Source of the DNA: a virus | Taxonomy: Duplodnaviria > Heunggongvirae > Uroviricota > Caudoviricetes | Strand: one strand, 5' to 3' | Virus record (IMG/VR): IMGVR_UViG_2529292726_000018 | Location: 1-29,089 of that record | Length of the DNA stretch: 29,089 nt | Shown here: positions 1 to 10,261 of the stretch, piece after piece | Position numbering within the stretch: position 1 is the stretch's first letter | Layout: the number at the start of each line of letters is the position of its first letter | Notes under the pieces: model-generated | Seen by the model: only the letters and a program-made list of their open reading frames with translations | The model's database searches: none | Told to the model about the DNA's origin: nothing | Translations under genes and position numbers: made by a program

Positions 1-63
1 GACTGAGATACCAGCCTTCATGGCCGAGATATGCTGAGTTATACCTTTCTTACGCTGAGTCAT
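1..63 (-). CDS. Tail assembly protein K-like, N-terminal fragment (runs off the window start)
   Basis: Minus-strand ATG at 63..61 opens a frame (MTQRKKGITQHISAMKAGISV...) that stays open to position 1. It sits immediately downstream of the L gene, as K does in lambda. Only 21 codons are visible. Confidence 0.3.
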   Translation of the reverse strand, partial: MTQRKKGITQHISAMKAGISV

Positions 64-184
64 ATAGTAACTGACCTGAGAAGTATTGAGCGTCACGCCA
101 TTTCCTGTTGGATCATGTAAATGACACTCAGGTTACAAAACCGGCCAGAATAATCGGCGCCAGGCGGACTGAGTTATTGTCGTC

Positions 185-847
185 TCATATGCCGACGTTA
201 TTGCGAAACTTACAGCCGCTCAGGCATTTGCTGCATTTATCCTTCGTGATATCGGATGTAGGCTGGTCATATTCATCCGCGACTGCCGGACCGTGATAAC
301 CGCACTCATCGCCGCGATAGGTCCAGGTGCAGGTGTTGGCCAGCATGATACGTCCCGGAAAAACAGCGCCGTCCGTTTCCGTCGGCGTGGACAGTACAAA
401 GGAGGCACTGACCGCGCTCAGTTCGCTGCACTGCTCGATGCGCCAGCGGCTGATCACCTCCTGCTCCGGATCGGCGTCACTGTTTCCGTTGACGAAGTTC
501 ACCGCATCCAGAAAACGGGCGTAAACCTTACGCCGGACCACCGTTCCGCCGACCAGACTCTGCAGATCTTCCGCCATCCCGGTGACCATACCGTACAGGT
601 TAGAAACCGTAAGTGTGGGACGTGCGCTGCTGCCCTTACCGTTCATCTCAAAGCCGCTTCCCTGAATGGGGTACGCCTGATACTTTCGCCCCTGCCAGGT
701 AACCGGTTCACCTTTTTCATTCTGCTCATTGCAGAAAAAGTAACGCTCCCCACCGACCTCTGTCAGATCAATTTCCCAGAGCACCACGCTGGCCGTCTGC
801 TCCACACGGATGCATTCATTCAGTGTTTCCTGTCGTATGTCCTGCAT
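185..847 (-). CDS. Minor tail protein L (lambda gpL family)
   Basis: 220 aa; N-terminus [12 protein letters not shown]...VVLWEIDLTEVGGERYFFCNEQNEKGEPVTWQGR and the cysteine-rich C-terminal part closely match lambda gpL as recalled. ATG at 847; follows M. Confidence 0.9.
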   Translation of the reverse strand: MQDIRQETLNECIRVEQTASVVLWEIDLTEVGGERYFFCNEQNEKGEPVTWQGRKYQAYPIQGSGFEMNGKGSSARPTLTVSNLYGMVTGMAEDLQSLVGGTVVRRKVYARFLDAVNFVNGNSDADPEQEVISRWRIEQCSELSAVSASFVLSTPTETDGAVFPGRIMLANTCTWTYRGDECGYHGPAVADEYDQPTSDITKDKCSKCLSGCKFRNNVGI

Positions 848-1185
848 CAGATCACCACTTCGTCAAACTGACACGAAAAATCGGTATAGGTGATATGTTC
901 TGTCGCTGACCACGTTCGACACACCACTCTGATTTTTCTGTTAATACCCGGCGGGCGCCAAAAAAAAGATTTATAGCCTTCATGCCGGGCTAAAAATTTT
1001 TCAAATGAATCACGTTCATTCGCCTCAACTTTGAAATCACAGGTGAAAACGCGCAGAGAATGATTAAGTCCATTTGGACTTCGTTGCTCATAACCATCAC
1101 CAAATCTTACAGTTTTTATCGATGGTTTATTTTCTGTTTTCATTCCATCCTCTGGTAACCAGTGAAATTCTTCCGTATTAGCCAC
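847..1185 (-). CDS. Minor tail protein M (lambda gpM family)
   Basis: 112 aa; [16 protein letters not shown]...KSFFWRPPG matches the lambda gpM core. GTG start overlaps the tape-measure stop by 8 nt. Confidence 0.85.
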   Translation of the reverse strand: MANTEEFHWLPEDGMKTENKPSIKTVRFGDGYEQRSPNGLNHSLRVFTCDFKVEANERDSFEKFLARHEGYKSFFWRPPGINRKIRVVCRTWSATEHITYTDFSCQFDEVVI

Positions 1186-4100
1186 TTAACATTCCCCCAT
1201 CACGTCGCATATTTAACAGATTGCCCTGCACCCGCTGATCAACCATCCCCATAAGTGCTTTTATTGCCTGAGGGCCAATCTCTCCATTCTGGCCGTCATT
1301 TTGAATAGTGATTTGGTATACAGGGGCATAGGTAATATCTCCGCCTCCATTACCACTTTTACTATTAATAGCTCTGACACCAAGAGAACCATCGGAAGTT
1401 CGTGTTAATGGCATAATAGCTTCCGGTCCAGCCTCACCAAAAACACCAGCCCCTTTTGCAAAAGCAAAAAATTGCGGGGAATCATAAATACCGTTCGAAT
1501 ACGTGCTCAATGACGGAGACTCATAAACACCGCCCTTTGCATTCGGAATAAATTTACTAATAGCACTCCCGATAGTTCCTAAAATCCCCCCAGAAGAACT
1601 GTTACTAATGCTGTCGAAAATCCCAGTAATTGAAGCCTTTAATGCTATTCGACTAAGATCCGAAATCACGGAAGTAGCGAAAGAACGAAAATTTGCCTTG
1701 CCTGTCGTGACAAAATCACCCAGCGCATCGGTCATCCCATCAAACATCTGAGTCGTGGTTGATTTTATCTGCTCACTGATATCCTTAGTGTCATCCAGCC
1801 AGTTATTGAATCCCTGGGAGGCACCACTAACCCAGTCTCCTGCCTGAATATCGAGCTGCTCGTTTTTCTGTCTGACAATTTCTTTTTCCCGTTCCAGAGC
1901 ATCATTCAGAGCCTGCATTTTCTCTTGAAAAACATGATCTGACATTCCACGGGATTTATCTGCATAGTCACGTTCAAGTTGCAGACGCTGATTGTTATAT
2001 CCATGTTCAATCCGCAGTAATTCCTGCTGGCGTTGCTGATTTTTATCGCCAACCCCATAACCAGCAATCTGAATATCATACCCCTGCTGACGATTATCAA
2101 TCGAAGCCTGCAATGAATCACGCCATGCTGTTATTTCGGCGGATTCCTTGATTAGCCTGTTATTTTTTTCAATCGCAACATTTTTCTCCATCAACGCGGT
2201 TATTTCTTCCCGGTGTAAGAGAAGCGATTTCTGATCCTGGGTTAATTTCGTTGATGGTCGTGACTCTAGGTCGGCAATCCGCTGACGCCACTTAACCAGT
2301 TCCTGTTCAGAGGAACTTAATTTAACGGTCAACTCAGCTTGTGAACTTAGTAACGCATTCTGTTGATTCAGATGATCAATCATTCGTTGGGCTGCATCAT
2401 CAGAATAACCTTTCGCCTTTGGTTGCTTTGGATCTTTATAACGCTCATTTATTTGAGCGATAAGATTATTATATTCTTCCTTTGAATACTGATTCTTTAG
2501 CTTTTCCAGTTTTGCAAGTTCACTAGCTCTCTGCTGCTCCCGGGTCTGATATTGTTTTGAAAAGGCATCTGCTCTCTGTCTGAGTTCAATTCCTTCCTGT
2601 TGTCGCTTGTTGTAATCGTTTATTGATGAATTTAGTACGTCCTGAGCAATTTTTTCTGCTTGAAGTACGCCCAATTGCTGCTTTAATCGTGCCAGCCTTT
2701 TATTTTGAGCTCCGCCATCTCCAATGCCACCTAACCCGAAAACTCCGGGTCGGGGATTTTTTTCTATTTCATCAATTTGACGGAGAACATCTGAGATTTT
2801 TTGATCAAGGGAGGTCTCACGGCCAATATCCAGCATGGAATCCCATGCCCATTTTGCGGAGTCTGCGACAGCTTTCCATGCAGTCTCAAGATAACCAAGA
2901 TTTTCTTTAATCTGGTTGGTGCGCTGGATCATTGAGGATGAGTATTCTTCTGTCGCAATGCGGGCGGCCTCCTGCTGGTTCCCTTCATCCTGTAGCGCCT
3001 TAATCTGGTTATAAGTCGCAAGTGTCAGAAAATGGTACTGATCATTAAGTTTTGATATGGCACTGACAGGATCCTTTGCAATTTCATTGAAGTCATTAAC
3101 CAGTTGTTCGGTTGATATTCCTGTTACTTCGCTCGTTTTTACTATCGCTGTCGTCACTTGCTCCAGCGAACTGCTCGCTACCTTTCCCGAACGCACAAGC
3201 TGATTTAATACTGCCGCCGCAGCACCAGTTGTCGAATCAGCCGCATTCCCGGCACGTTGAGCTATATCGCCCAATTGCCCGCTGGTTGTCCCCAACTGAT
3301 TTCCGGTAAGAATAAGAGATTTATTAAATTCGTCCTGCTCCTGAGAGCCTTTATAGTAAGCCAGTCCTAAGACCCCAACGGCTGCTGCGGCTAGGGGAAA
3401 AGGATTAACTAATCCCAGCACATAAGAACCTACACCTTTGATCGCCGGGCCAATCCCACCGAACATATCTTTTAGCTGGCCGCCCTGCTGCATTAACACC
3501 ATAAATGGCGACTGACCAGTGGACAACCCAACAACAATATCCGTCATTTGTGCAGGCAACATGCGCATAGCAAAAGCCGTTTGTTTTGCCGACATTCCGG
3601 TTTTGCTTAATTGTGATTGAGTAACCTCAAGCTCACTCCGCATAGCACGAAGTTTTCCAGAAAGCTCCTCATACATTTCAGGAGAAAGCATCCCCTTAGC
3701 TTTTGCTTCATTGAGCTGTTTCTGTTGTTCTACCAGACGATTAAAAGCAGTTCCGACAGGATCAAGTTGAGCAATCAGACGTTGCAAAGCAACAACCTGT
3801 TCATCATGCGCTTTTGCTGCTTCTCGCTCTGCCTGAGCCTCTCCGGTAAGCTCTCGCCGTGTTTCCTGTATTTTTCGGCTATAATTCTCAAACTGAGAAC
3901 CATTTATTTTCCCGGATGCAAACGCAGCATTAAGTTCATCATGCTGTTGTTCAAGATTTCTTAGCGCCGCAGCCAGAGGGTCGATCTTGTCCAGCATTCT
4001 TTGAAAGGCCTGAGCCTGCGCTTCCTGCTGGGCGGCAGCAAGTTTTCCGGCCTTCTCGGCTTCTCTCTGCGCTTGCGCAACCCCGCTCAATTCCTCTGTG

Positions 4101-4411
4101 GTTTCATTAAGTTTACGGACAAGAAATTCATATTCTTCTTTATCAATAAGCCCTTTATCGAAAAATTTCTTTAATTCAGAATAGCGTCGACCGACAGTAT
4201 CAATTGCGGCACCAACTGGATCAATAGCTACTTTTAATTTTGCGAGCGCGTTCTTCTCATCTTCTGTTGCCTTAGTCACTTTCCCTGCGCTATTTGCAGC
4301 AGTTTCCCCAGCCTGCGTCATTTTGACTAATGAGGAGGTCAGATTGTCAGCATTATTTTTCGCTCCAGTGCTATCAATAATTATTGCGAGACGCGAGGTT
4401 TGCTCTGCCAT
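1178..4411 (-). CDS. Tail tape measure protein
   Basis: 1077 aa, Ala/Gln/Glu-rich coiled-coil-like N-terminal two thirds with a Gly-rich hydrophobic segment. Strong SD (AGGAG) before the ATG at 4411. Lies between the chaperone genes and M. Confidence 0.9.
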   Translation of the reverse strand: MAEQTSRLAIIIDSTGAKNNADNLTSSLVKMTQAGETAANSAGKVTKATEDEKNALAKLKVAIDPVGAAIDTVGRRYSELKKFFDKGLIDKEEYEFLVRKLNETTEELSGVAQAQREAEKAGKLAAAQQEAQAQAFQRMLDKIDPLAAALRNLEQQHDELNAAFASGKINGSQFENYSRKIQETRRELTGEAQAEREAAKAHDEQVVALQRLIAQLDPVGTAFNRLVEQQKQLNEAKAKGMLSPEMYEELSGKLRAMRSELEVTQSQLSKTGMSAKQTAFAMRMLPAQMTDIVVGLSTGQSPFMVLMQQGGQLKDMFGGIGPAIKGVGSYVLGLVNPFPLAAAAVGVLGLAYYKGSQEQDEFNKSLILTGNQLGTTSGQLGDIAQRAGNAADSTTGAAAAVLNQLVRSGKVASSSLEQVTTAIVKTSEVTGISTEQLVNDFNEIAKDPVSAISKLNDQYHFLTLATYNQIKALQDEGNQQEAARIATEEYSSSMIQRTNQIKENLGYLETAWKAVADSAKWAWDSMLDIGRETSLDQKISDVLRQIDEIEKNPRPGVFGLGGIGDGGAQNKRLARLKQQLGVLQAEKIAQDVLNSSINDYNKRQQEGIELRQRADAFSKQYQTREQQRASELAKLEKLKNQYSKEEYNNLIAQINERYKDPKQPKAKGYSDDAAQRMIDHLNQQNALLSSQAELTVKLSSSEQELVKWRQRIADLESRPSTKLTQDQKSLLLHREEITALMEKNVAIEKNNRLIKESAEITAWRDSLQASIDNRQQGYDIQIAGYGVGDKNQQRQQELLRIEHGYNNQRLQLERDYADKSRGMSDHVFQEKMQALNDALEREKEIVRQKNEQLDIQAGDWVSGASQGFNNWLDDTKDISEQIKSTTTQMFDGMTDALGDFVTTGKANFRSFATSVISDLSRIALKASITGIFDSISNSSSGGILGTIGSAISKFIPNAKGGVYESPSLSTYSNGIYDSPQFFAFAKGAGVFGEAGPEAIMPLTRTSDGSLGVRAINSKSGNGGGDITYAPVYQITIQNDGQNGEIGPQAIKALMGMVDQRVQGNLLNMRRDGGMLSG

Positions 4412-4430
4412 TTATTAAAACTCCTGACAA

Positions 4431-4456
4431 CAAAAAACCCACCGCGAAGTGGGTTT
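4431..4456 (-). terminator. Intrinsic terminator-like hairpin upstream of the tape measure gene
   Basis: Minus-strand RNA forms AACCCAC-(6 nt loop)-GUGGGUU followed by UUUUUUG. Sits in the 165 bp gap between the T-frame stop (4577) and the tape-measure start. Confidence 0.5.
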
Positions 4457-4576
4457 CAGGCGACATAATAGTAGATATAGCGATTACGAGGCCACGCAAT
4501 GCTTTTCTCCAGGAGCATCATCGATTTAATTAAAGACACCATCACATCTCTGTAACAGAGTGTACGTAATTAACAA

Positions 4577-5346
4577 CTACACACACTGCTCCTGAAAATA
4601 CTGGTCATCCAGTGCAAAGATCACTGCTTCAAATTCATCGCGCTCAATCAATACCGGATGAGTGGCTAAATATTCATTTATCTCTGTCAGAGATAAAGGC
4701 AAAGGCACCCCAGCCATTCCAGCATAACGTCGGGCACGGGATATTACCGAATAGGCGTACAACAACTCCTTAAGCACCGGGTCTATTTCTGGTTCCGGTA
4801 TCGGTGGCAACCTGAGTTTTTCTCGCTTCCATCTTGCCTTTCCCCCCCTTTCTCCCCCGAACTCCGATAACCACCGCTGGGCAGCTATGGCTTTTTTATC
4901 GTATCCTGCTTCTGCTGCTCTTTACCCTGGGCGATGCTGGCTGCTTCTGCAAGGATCTGCCAGTACAACTCTGGATTCTGCTTAAGCAGCGCGATCCCTC
5001 GTTCTGCCGTATATTCCAGTGCAACCTCAACACCATTAACCAGTTCACCAACCCCTTTCCAGTCTTTCAGCAGATAACGAGCGGCATTATCAATGAGTAA
5101 ATCATCAACAGAATCCACCTCGGAAACCTTTGAAATATCAAACTCCTTCGTTCCGACGTGCAAACTGGCATCCATTTTCTCAATGTGGCGACGGATTAAT
5201 GCATTACGGGAGCGATACTGATCGTTATCGCTGCTTGCCACCAACAGTTTTAACCCGTCTACAGGTTTTAAGTCCTTCATTGGCGTAAACCAGCGTTCTC
5301 CACCAATGATAATTTTCTGATTAAGAATAAACATCCATAACCTCAT
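4577..5346 (-). CDS. Tail assembly chaperone G-T fusion made by a programmed -1 frameshift
   Basis: The -1 frame is open with no stop from the slippery site through to the stop at 4577 (DKKAIAAQRWLSEFGGERGGKARWKREKLR then LPPIPEPEIDPVLKELL...). Predicted product is about 254 aa. Confidence 0.7.
4885..5346 (-). CDS. Tail assembly chaperone (lambda G-like)
   Basis: 153 aa ORF directly downstream of the major tail protein gene, ending ...DTIKKP. Carries the slippery heptamer three codons before its stop. Confidence 0.75.
   Translation of the reverse strand: MRLWMFILNQKIIIGGERWFTPMKDLKPVDGLKLLVASSDNDQYRSRNALIRRHIEKMDASLHVGTKEFDISKVSEVDSVDDLLIDNAARYLLKDWKGVGELVNGVEVALEYTAERGIALLKQNPELYWQILAEAASIAQGKEQQKQDTIKKP
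4891..4897 (-). other. -1 ribosomal slippery heptamer A_AAA_AAG
   Basis: Plus 4891-4897 is ctttttt, so the minus strand reads A AAA AAG in the G frame (codons ata-aaa-aag, then cca-tag). This is the same heptamer as E. coli dnaX and is placed exactly as in lambda G/GT. Confidence 0.75.
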
Positions 5347-5394
5347 TCAATGCGTCCCCCTGTAGGGCAGTACCACAGGAGGAATAACGGAAAA

Positions 5395-6357
5395 TCAACT
5401 AATCGCCTCAGCACTGGCTTTTGCGATCACGGCAGCCGGGGAATTTTTTTTTCTGGTTATCGTAGGTGCTTCATCTGCTGCGGTAATGCTCAATTGAACC
5501 TGGATAATGTCGCTATTACCCCCATCAGGCCATTCACCTGACACCTGAACCTTCGGGAAACTGAAAGTGTATGCCCCCTCTCCATTCGAAAGCGTGAAGC
5601 TGAACGGAACTGTTTCTCCAGTCAGTGTTTTACTCCAGATTTCCCACGCGGCTTTAGACCATGAAAGCGTCACCGTACCGGACGGTGTAAAAGTAGTCGG
5701 AATATTTGCTCCTGCATAAGGCGAGCCAGTCCCGATACAACGCTGTGTCTGGAGTTTGTTATCGAACTGAATATCAAAACTGTCGATACAAAAACCGTTA
5801 CCTCCGGCAACACCATTCAGGCTTACTGCTGAAACCTCCTTAAACGAATAACGTAGCTTTCCTGCACTATCCACAGGTTCGCCTTTGATAAAATTCGTAT
5901 CATCGGCCTTTGATTCCCAGTCCAGTCCGGCAAAGGTTACGGTCGCTGTAATATCGCCGTCGTTAGGGATCTGCATTTTCCATGAGCCAACCTGCGCTCC
6001 TCTGACGACAGAGGCAATTCCGACATCGGACGCATAGGTCGCCAGAGAAAATGTTATTCGCTCATTCCCCATTGTCAGAGAATCGCCTGACCATTCCGCG
6101 CCGAAACAGGATGCAAGAAAATCATCATGTTGACCCCAGCGAAATTTGGTACCAACATCACCGCCGACATCCACAGTGCCAGGCGTCGCCCCCTGAGCCA
6201 TCCGGGAGCCACCAATCTCATTATTTTCGCCTTTATTCTGGGTGGGTTTTACTCCCCAGCTTGTGCGTTTTAATAAACTCCAGTCACCACTTGCTGGCGT
6301 AGTGCCTGCAACCGTCTCCCGGATAAATGCCGAGATAACCTTTGCACCTGAACTCAC
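5395..6357 (-). CDS. Major tail (tube) protein, probably with a C-terminal Ig-like domain
   Basis: 320 aa. GTG start five nt after a strong SD (AGGAGG). Position upstream of the G/T chaperones; Thr/Ser/Gly-rich beta-type composition. Confidence 0.8.
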   Translation of the reverse strand: MSSGAKVISAFIRETVAGTTPASGDWSLLKRTSWGVKPTQNKGENNEIGGSRMAQGATPGTVDVGGDVGTKFRWGQHDDFLASCFGAEWSGDSLTMGNERITFSLATYASDVGIASVVRGAQVGSWKMQIPNDGDITATVTFAGLDWESKADDTNFIKGEPVDSAGKLRYSFKEVSAVSLNGVAGGNGFCIDSFDIQFDNKLQTQRCIGTGSPYAGANIPTTFTPSGTVTLSWSKAAWEIWSKTLTGETVPFSFTLSNGEGAYTFSFPKVQVSGEWPDGGNSDIIQVQLSITAADEAPTITRKKNSPAAVIAKASAEAIS

Positions 6358-6383
6358 AGGAGCCTCCTATGTCATTAATTGCG

Positions 6384-6776
6384 CTAGAGCGCGCGATATG
6401 GAATTTGAAGATTAAGCTGGAACCAGCCATTCTTTTCGCCAACGGCTATTGAGGAAACAGCCTGGTAACTGAGACGATCGTCATCCTGAAACTCAAACAG
6501 TTCCCGCAATTTATCGGCTGTCTCAGTAATGAGTTTTGAACCAGAACCTGCGGGGACAAATAACTGAATAATGATTATCCCCGTGCGATAAACAATCGGC
6601 CCCGCGCCAATTTCATTAACTCCAGCCTGCCCGGGAATATTACTTAACCGCGCCCAGATTAACTTACCGGAAGGATCGAACGTTGGCGCGTTCGGATACA
6701 ATACGTCTTTTCCATCAATAATCGTCTGTGCCGTCATTCTGGAAATAACCGTATTTCTGATTTCAGTAAACGTCAT
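6384..6776 (-). CDS. Tail terminator / tail component protein (lambda U position)
   Basis: 130 aa ORF immediately upstream of the major tail protein gene. Assigned by synteny only. Confidence 0.5.
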   Translation of the reverse strand: MTFTEIRNTVISRMTAQTIIDGKDVLYPNAPTFDPSGKLIWARLSNIPGQAGVNEIGAGPIVYRTGIIIIQLFVPAGSGSKLITETADKLRELFEFQDDDRLSYQAVSSIAVGEKNGWFQLNLQIPYRAL

Positions 6777-7153
6777 TTGTAAGCCTGTAAAACACCATGA
6801 AAAGCGTTGGCATACACGCCAGTTGGCGCTTGTTGTGAATAACCGTTTTCAAGAGCCTCTGCATAAGGAAGGTTATTCTGGATATAAATAACTCCGTAAT
6901 TTGCAGCTTTCGAAATAACCCCGATCCCACGCTGAACAGCAATCGTACCGTTCGGATCCACGTTATCAGATATACCAAAATCGGGATGCTGTAACGACAC
7001 CAGGTTGTTATTTCTGAAACGTCCGGTATCAACCGGAGCAGCAATATCAATAGCAGTAAGAATCTGAATAGCGATGTAGCGAATCTTCAGCCCTACATCT
7101 TCCTCAATCATCCCGGCAAATATTGACGGTTCTATATCCCATGCCTTTGCCAT
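6773..7153 (-). CDS. Tail completion protein (HK97 gp10-like, lambda Z position)
   Basis: 126 aa; size and position match the HK97 gp10 family. Overlaps the neighbouring stop by 4 nt. Confidence 0.5.
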   Translation of the reverse strand: MAKAWDIEPSIFAGMIEEDVGLKIRYIAIQILTAIDIAAPVDTGRFRNNNLVSLQHPDFGISDNVDPNGTIAVQRGIGVISKAANYGVIYIQNNLPYAEALENGYSQQAPTGVYANAFHGVLQAYK

Positions 7154-7537
7154 TTACGCTCTCCTTAACTGGATAGAGTAAACTGATGCGGAAGGATCTA
7201 CACTTGCTGTAATTACCTCGTATCGTTGTAACTGCCTTGATACAGGATCATAAATCTCAATAATATGGTCGACAGCTGGTTTATCCGTAACCTCGCATAC
7301 CAGAGCGGTTAATTTAAGGTCACCATGCAAAATATTAATCCCATCAATTCTGCCCAGCTTATAACGTGTCAACACGCCTCGCCCGGTATAGATTTCGGTG
7401 GATTCGCCGCCAGTTTCCGTCACAGGATCCCAGTGCCGGTGCGTAACGTAAGAACCAGAAAAATCACTCACGGCGTCCGCTAAATCCTCATCAAAAGCAG
7501 CGGCAACCTCTGACTGAATCTCTTCACGAAGCCCCAT
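7154..7537 (-). CDS. Head-tail adaptor / head closure protein
   Basis: 127 aa, between the connector protein and the tail completion protein. Assigned by synteny. Confidence 0.5.
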   Translation of the reverse strand: MGLREEIQSEVAAAFDEDLADAVSDFSGSYVTHRHWDPVTETGGESTEIYTGRGVLTRYKLGRIDGINILHGDLKLTALVCEVTDKPAVDHIIEIYDPVSRQLQRYEVITASVDPSASVYSIQLRRA

Positions 7538-7932
7538 TATCCCCCCCTCACAACCCTGACTTGTGAGCGACTAAGTCCGTACGGTTTCAGCAGTGCTATC
7601 GCAAGCTGTAAATCGGGTTCAAGCAATGCAGTGCTGTTTGCTGGCAACTCAGAAAATGATTTCGATACACTGACCCCGTCAGCCGACACGGCTTTACTGA
7701 TAACAACGCCAGAATCATTTTTCTGCTGAAACAACTTACCGAATGAGGCAATTCTGGCTGCATATGCTCCCGCAAGTTTTACCTCTTCCGGAATACGGGA
7801 TGGGTTAATTTTCAGGTTGAAGCCATTAAGCCAGGCATTAGCCATTAAAACAGCTTTATTTTTAGCGTTCTCACTCGTCCAGGCGTTCCCAAACGCATTA
7901 TCAACGTCATCACAGGTCACGTAAGTGATCAT
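7537..7932 (-). CDS. Head-tail connector protein (gp6-like)
   Basis: 131 aa; first gene of the head-tail joining block after the capsid gene. Assigned by synteny. Confidence 0.5.
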   Translation of the reverse strand: MITYVTCDDVDNAFGNAWTSENAKNKAVLMANAWLNGFNLKINPSRIPEEVKLAGAYAARIASFGKLFQQKNDSGVVISKAVSADGVSVSKSFSELPANSTALLEPDLQLAIALLKPYGLSRSQVRVVRGG

Positions 7933-7935
7933 GTG

Positions 7936-8112
7936 TTACTCCTGAGTTTTCCAGCCCATAGCCTTCCAGTTGTCAACTTCATCAGGATGAACATTAGCGA
8001 TAGTTGGTGCGCCGGGAAACATCTGATAATCGGTCACCATAACCACTAACTCAATTTGCGTTTTTTGTGCGGCTTCACGCTGTGCTCTTTGCTCTTTAGT
8101 TAATCCGGCCAT
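7936..8112 (-). CDS. Small hypothetical protein (58 aa) between capsid and connector genes
   Basis: Not in the supplied track (below its length cutoff). ATG at 8112..8110, TAA at 7938..7936; translation MAGLTKEQRAQREAAQKTQIELVVMVTDYQMFPGAPTIANVHPDEVDNWKAMGWKTQE. Confidence 0.35.
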   Translation of the reverse strand: MAGLTKEQRAQREAAQKTQIELVVMVTDYQMFPGAPTIANVHPDEVDNWKAMGWKTQE

Positions 8113-8120
8113 ATGCCCCC

Positions 8121-8144
8121 CATTAAAAATGGGGCCGAAGCCCC
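8121..8144 (-). terminator. Intrinsic terminator after the major capsid gene
   Basis: Minus-strand RNA forms GGGGC-UUCG-GCCCC followed by AUUUUUAAUG, about 10 nt after the capsid stop codon. Confidence 0.55.
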
Positions 8145-8154
8145 GTTTGAATGT

Positions 8155-9294
8155 TTAACCAAGAATCAGACAACCATGTGCCGGCTTCACTGATGAAACA
8201 CCCCATGCCAGTCCAACTTCATAGCGCACCTGGCGATACTGACGATACAGTGCAATCTGGAACGTAATCCCTGAAATCGGGTCCGTAACATTCATTACAT
8301 CATCAGCATTATCGCCACCTTCCGGCATTGCCGGAGGACGGGATGCCAGCAGAAACGCGTTGCGATCAAACGCCATATTTGCAGTAAAGGAGCCAACAAC
8401 TGTGATTGCAGTATCATCGGCCAGATCCTGACGCAGTCCGGGCGCTGCAAGAGTAATCAGATTGCTGGTCGCTGCTGCCACAACATACTGATTCGGATCG
8501 CCAGCGAACGTAACAATCTGACCTGCAGAAATACTCCCCGAACCAGTATCAATGGAAATAAGAACATCGCCTTCTTTTTTCTCGCCATTCACGAGATAAC
8601 CAGTTGCAGCAACCTTTGGCGCTCGTTTTACACCTGCCGAACTGTGAATATTGAATCCCTCCAGACGCCCCAACACGCCCTCACGCAGTAGCTGTTCAGT
8701 GCCGGATTCATTCACTTTAAACAGTACAGACTGTTTTCCGCGCAAATTAGCAATGGCAGTGGAGCCAAGCACCATCTGCAGATCGGTTGTCGGTGCGCCG
8801 TTATCCTCCAGAACCTGACGAGCCAGAGCAGCATCAGAAAGATCATCTTTAACACCAAACGGCGTTGTCCCTGCGGTTCCCACGGCGCGGGAAGCACCGA
8901 AATACAACGCACCAAGATCAGCCTCAACCTCGTTTGCAAGGGCGCGAAAAGCCTGCTTGAACTGATCAGCCAGAATGGTGTTGTAAGTCCCTGAAGGGCC
9001 AAGAGCCAGTTGTTCTTCACCATTCCATTTAACCGGTGCCATTTTGGATTTAGTAATTTTCACATCAACAGTGCCAATATTTTGATCACCGGTATTCGGA
9101 GCTGACGGCCCCGGTACGATATCTTCGGTTTTCGCCTCAGGCGCAACTGGCGCGGTTACCGTCTGATCTTTTGCTGCGGCGTCAGCTTTTGCGTTTTTAG
9201 CTACCGCAGGGATAAAACCTACCTGCTCACGGGATACAATATCCAGGGCGGTATAAATAGTCGGGATCAACCCGGTCAGGGTATTTCCAGCCAT
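8155..9294 (-). CDS. Major capsid (coat) protein
   Basis: 379 aa from the internal ATG at 9294, which has an SD (AAGGA) 10 nt upstream; the 410 aa track ORF is an upstream extension. Follows the scaffold gene and is followed by a terminator. No prohead protease gene is present. Confidence 0.7.
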   Translation of the reverse strand: MAGNTLTGLIPTIYTALDIVSREQVGFIPAVAKNAKADAAAKDQTVTAPVAPEAKTEDIVPGPSAPNTGDQNIGTVDVKITKSKMAPVKWNGEEQLALGPSGTYNTILADQFKQAFRALANEVEADLGALYFGASRAVGTAGTTPFGVKDDLSDAALARQVLEDNGAPTTDLQMVLGSTAIANLRGKQSVLFKVNESGTEQLLREGVLGRLEGFNIHSSAGVKRAPKVAATGYLVNGEKKEGDVLISIDTGSGSISAGQIVTFAGDPNQYVVAAATSNLITLAAPGLRQDLADDTAITVVGSFTANMAFDRNAFLLASRPPAMPEGGDNADDVMNVTDPISGITFQIALYRQYRQVRYEVGLAWGVSSVKPAHGCLILG

Positions 9295-9392
9295 AATTAA
9301 ATATTCCTTAAAAATTTGCGTAATTGTGAATAGATGGAGTAATGAGCTATCCAGCCCTGACACCAGCTCCCATCCGGAAGCTGACAAATGTG

Positions 9393-10157
9393 TTAATCAA
9401 CAATTGTGATACCGTCTTTCAATGCGTTTTGCTTACCTGCAACATCCAGTGCATCAAAAGCAGAGCGTTTCATCGTTTTCTGACCAACATCATGCTGTGT
9501 CGGACGGGAGCCGCCGCCATTGTTGCCACTGGCTTTCAGGATGTAGTCTTTCTGAGGGTAATTTTCGACGAGGAACTCCAGCGCCTCATCAAACTGCGCC
9601 AGTTCGCCAGGCTTCGCGCGGGAATAAATTTTGTTGCCGGAAGCGTCATAAGCAACGATCTTCCCTTCTTCCACTTTGAATGCCTGCCCGAAGCGGGCTT
9701 GTAATAAATCTGCCGGGATCGCAATTTTATCGGCAATATATTTTGAACCCGCAAAACTACCGCCAATCATAGAATCGTAAAGCTGCGTCTCCAGCATCTG
9801 AGAGCGTTGCTTTTCTTCATCTAATTGCTGCTGAAAATTTTTCGTAATTTCTGCCTTAACCTGGTCAACCTGTCCCGCATCGATCAGCTTTTTCTGGTCG
9901 ATTTTTGACAGCATTTCCAGTGCCTCGATCGCCTTCTTCGGGTCTTCGATAGCGGCAAACTTAGCCAGTTTTTCCTCTGCAGCTTCTTTAGCCAGGCGAT
10001 GATTTTTTGCCTCGCCATTAAGCTCTGTAATTTTTTTTATCGCCAGCGGTGCATCGAAGCCGATTTCTTTACCATCGTCGTGCACATAAACTGGCAGGCC
10101 AGCAGTATCGATTTCTGCGTATTGTTTTCCGTTAATCTCGACCGTTTTCAGTTTCAT
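9393..10157 (-). CDS. Putative head scaffolding protein
   Basis: 254 aa from ATG 10157 (MKLKTVEINGKQY...). Lys/Glu/Gln-rich with a helical central region; directly upstream of the capsid gene. The track start at 10229 falls inside a terminator hairpin. Confidence 0.5.
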   Translation of the reverse strand: MKLKTVEINGKQYAEIDTAGLPVYVHDDGKEIGFDAPLAIKKITELNGEAKNHRLAKEAAEEKLAKFAAIEDPKKAIEALEMLSKIDQKKLIDAGQVDQVKAEITKNFQQQLDEEKQRSQMLETQLYDSMIGGSFAGSKYIADKIAIPADLLQARFGQAFKVEEGKIVAYDASGNKIYSRAKPGELAQFDEALEFLVENYPQKDYILKASGNNGGGSRPTQHDVGQKTMKRSAFDALDVAGKQNALKDGITIVD

Positions 10158-10214
10158 ATTAGTACCTGGTTTAAGTCTTCCGACAGTTACGCTGCTCACC
10201 ATCCGGATCGCAGC

Positions 10215-10241
10215 AATAAAAAAGGCCACCCGAAGGTAGCC
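10215..10241 (-). terminator. Intrinsic terminator-like hairpin between head morphogenesis and scaffold genes
   Basis: Minus-strand RNA forms GGCUACC-UUCG-GGUGGCC (one G-U pair) followed by UUUUUUAUUG. Confidence 0.45.
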
Positions 10242-10261
10242 TGTTGTAATAAATGATTTAT

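Noticed and set aside
293-871. 192 aa plus-strand ORF
   Set aside because: Lies entirely antisense to the well-supported L gene, has no SD and an Arg/Ala-rich composition typical of a shadow ORF in GC-rich coding DNA.
8155-9387. 410 aa version of the capsid ORF with an N-terminal extension
   Set aside because: The extension has no SD and reads as a poor N-terminus; the internal ATG at 9294 has an SD at correct spacing, so the start was moved.
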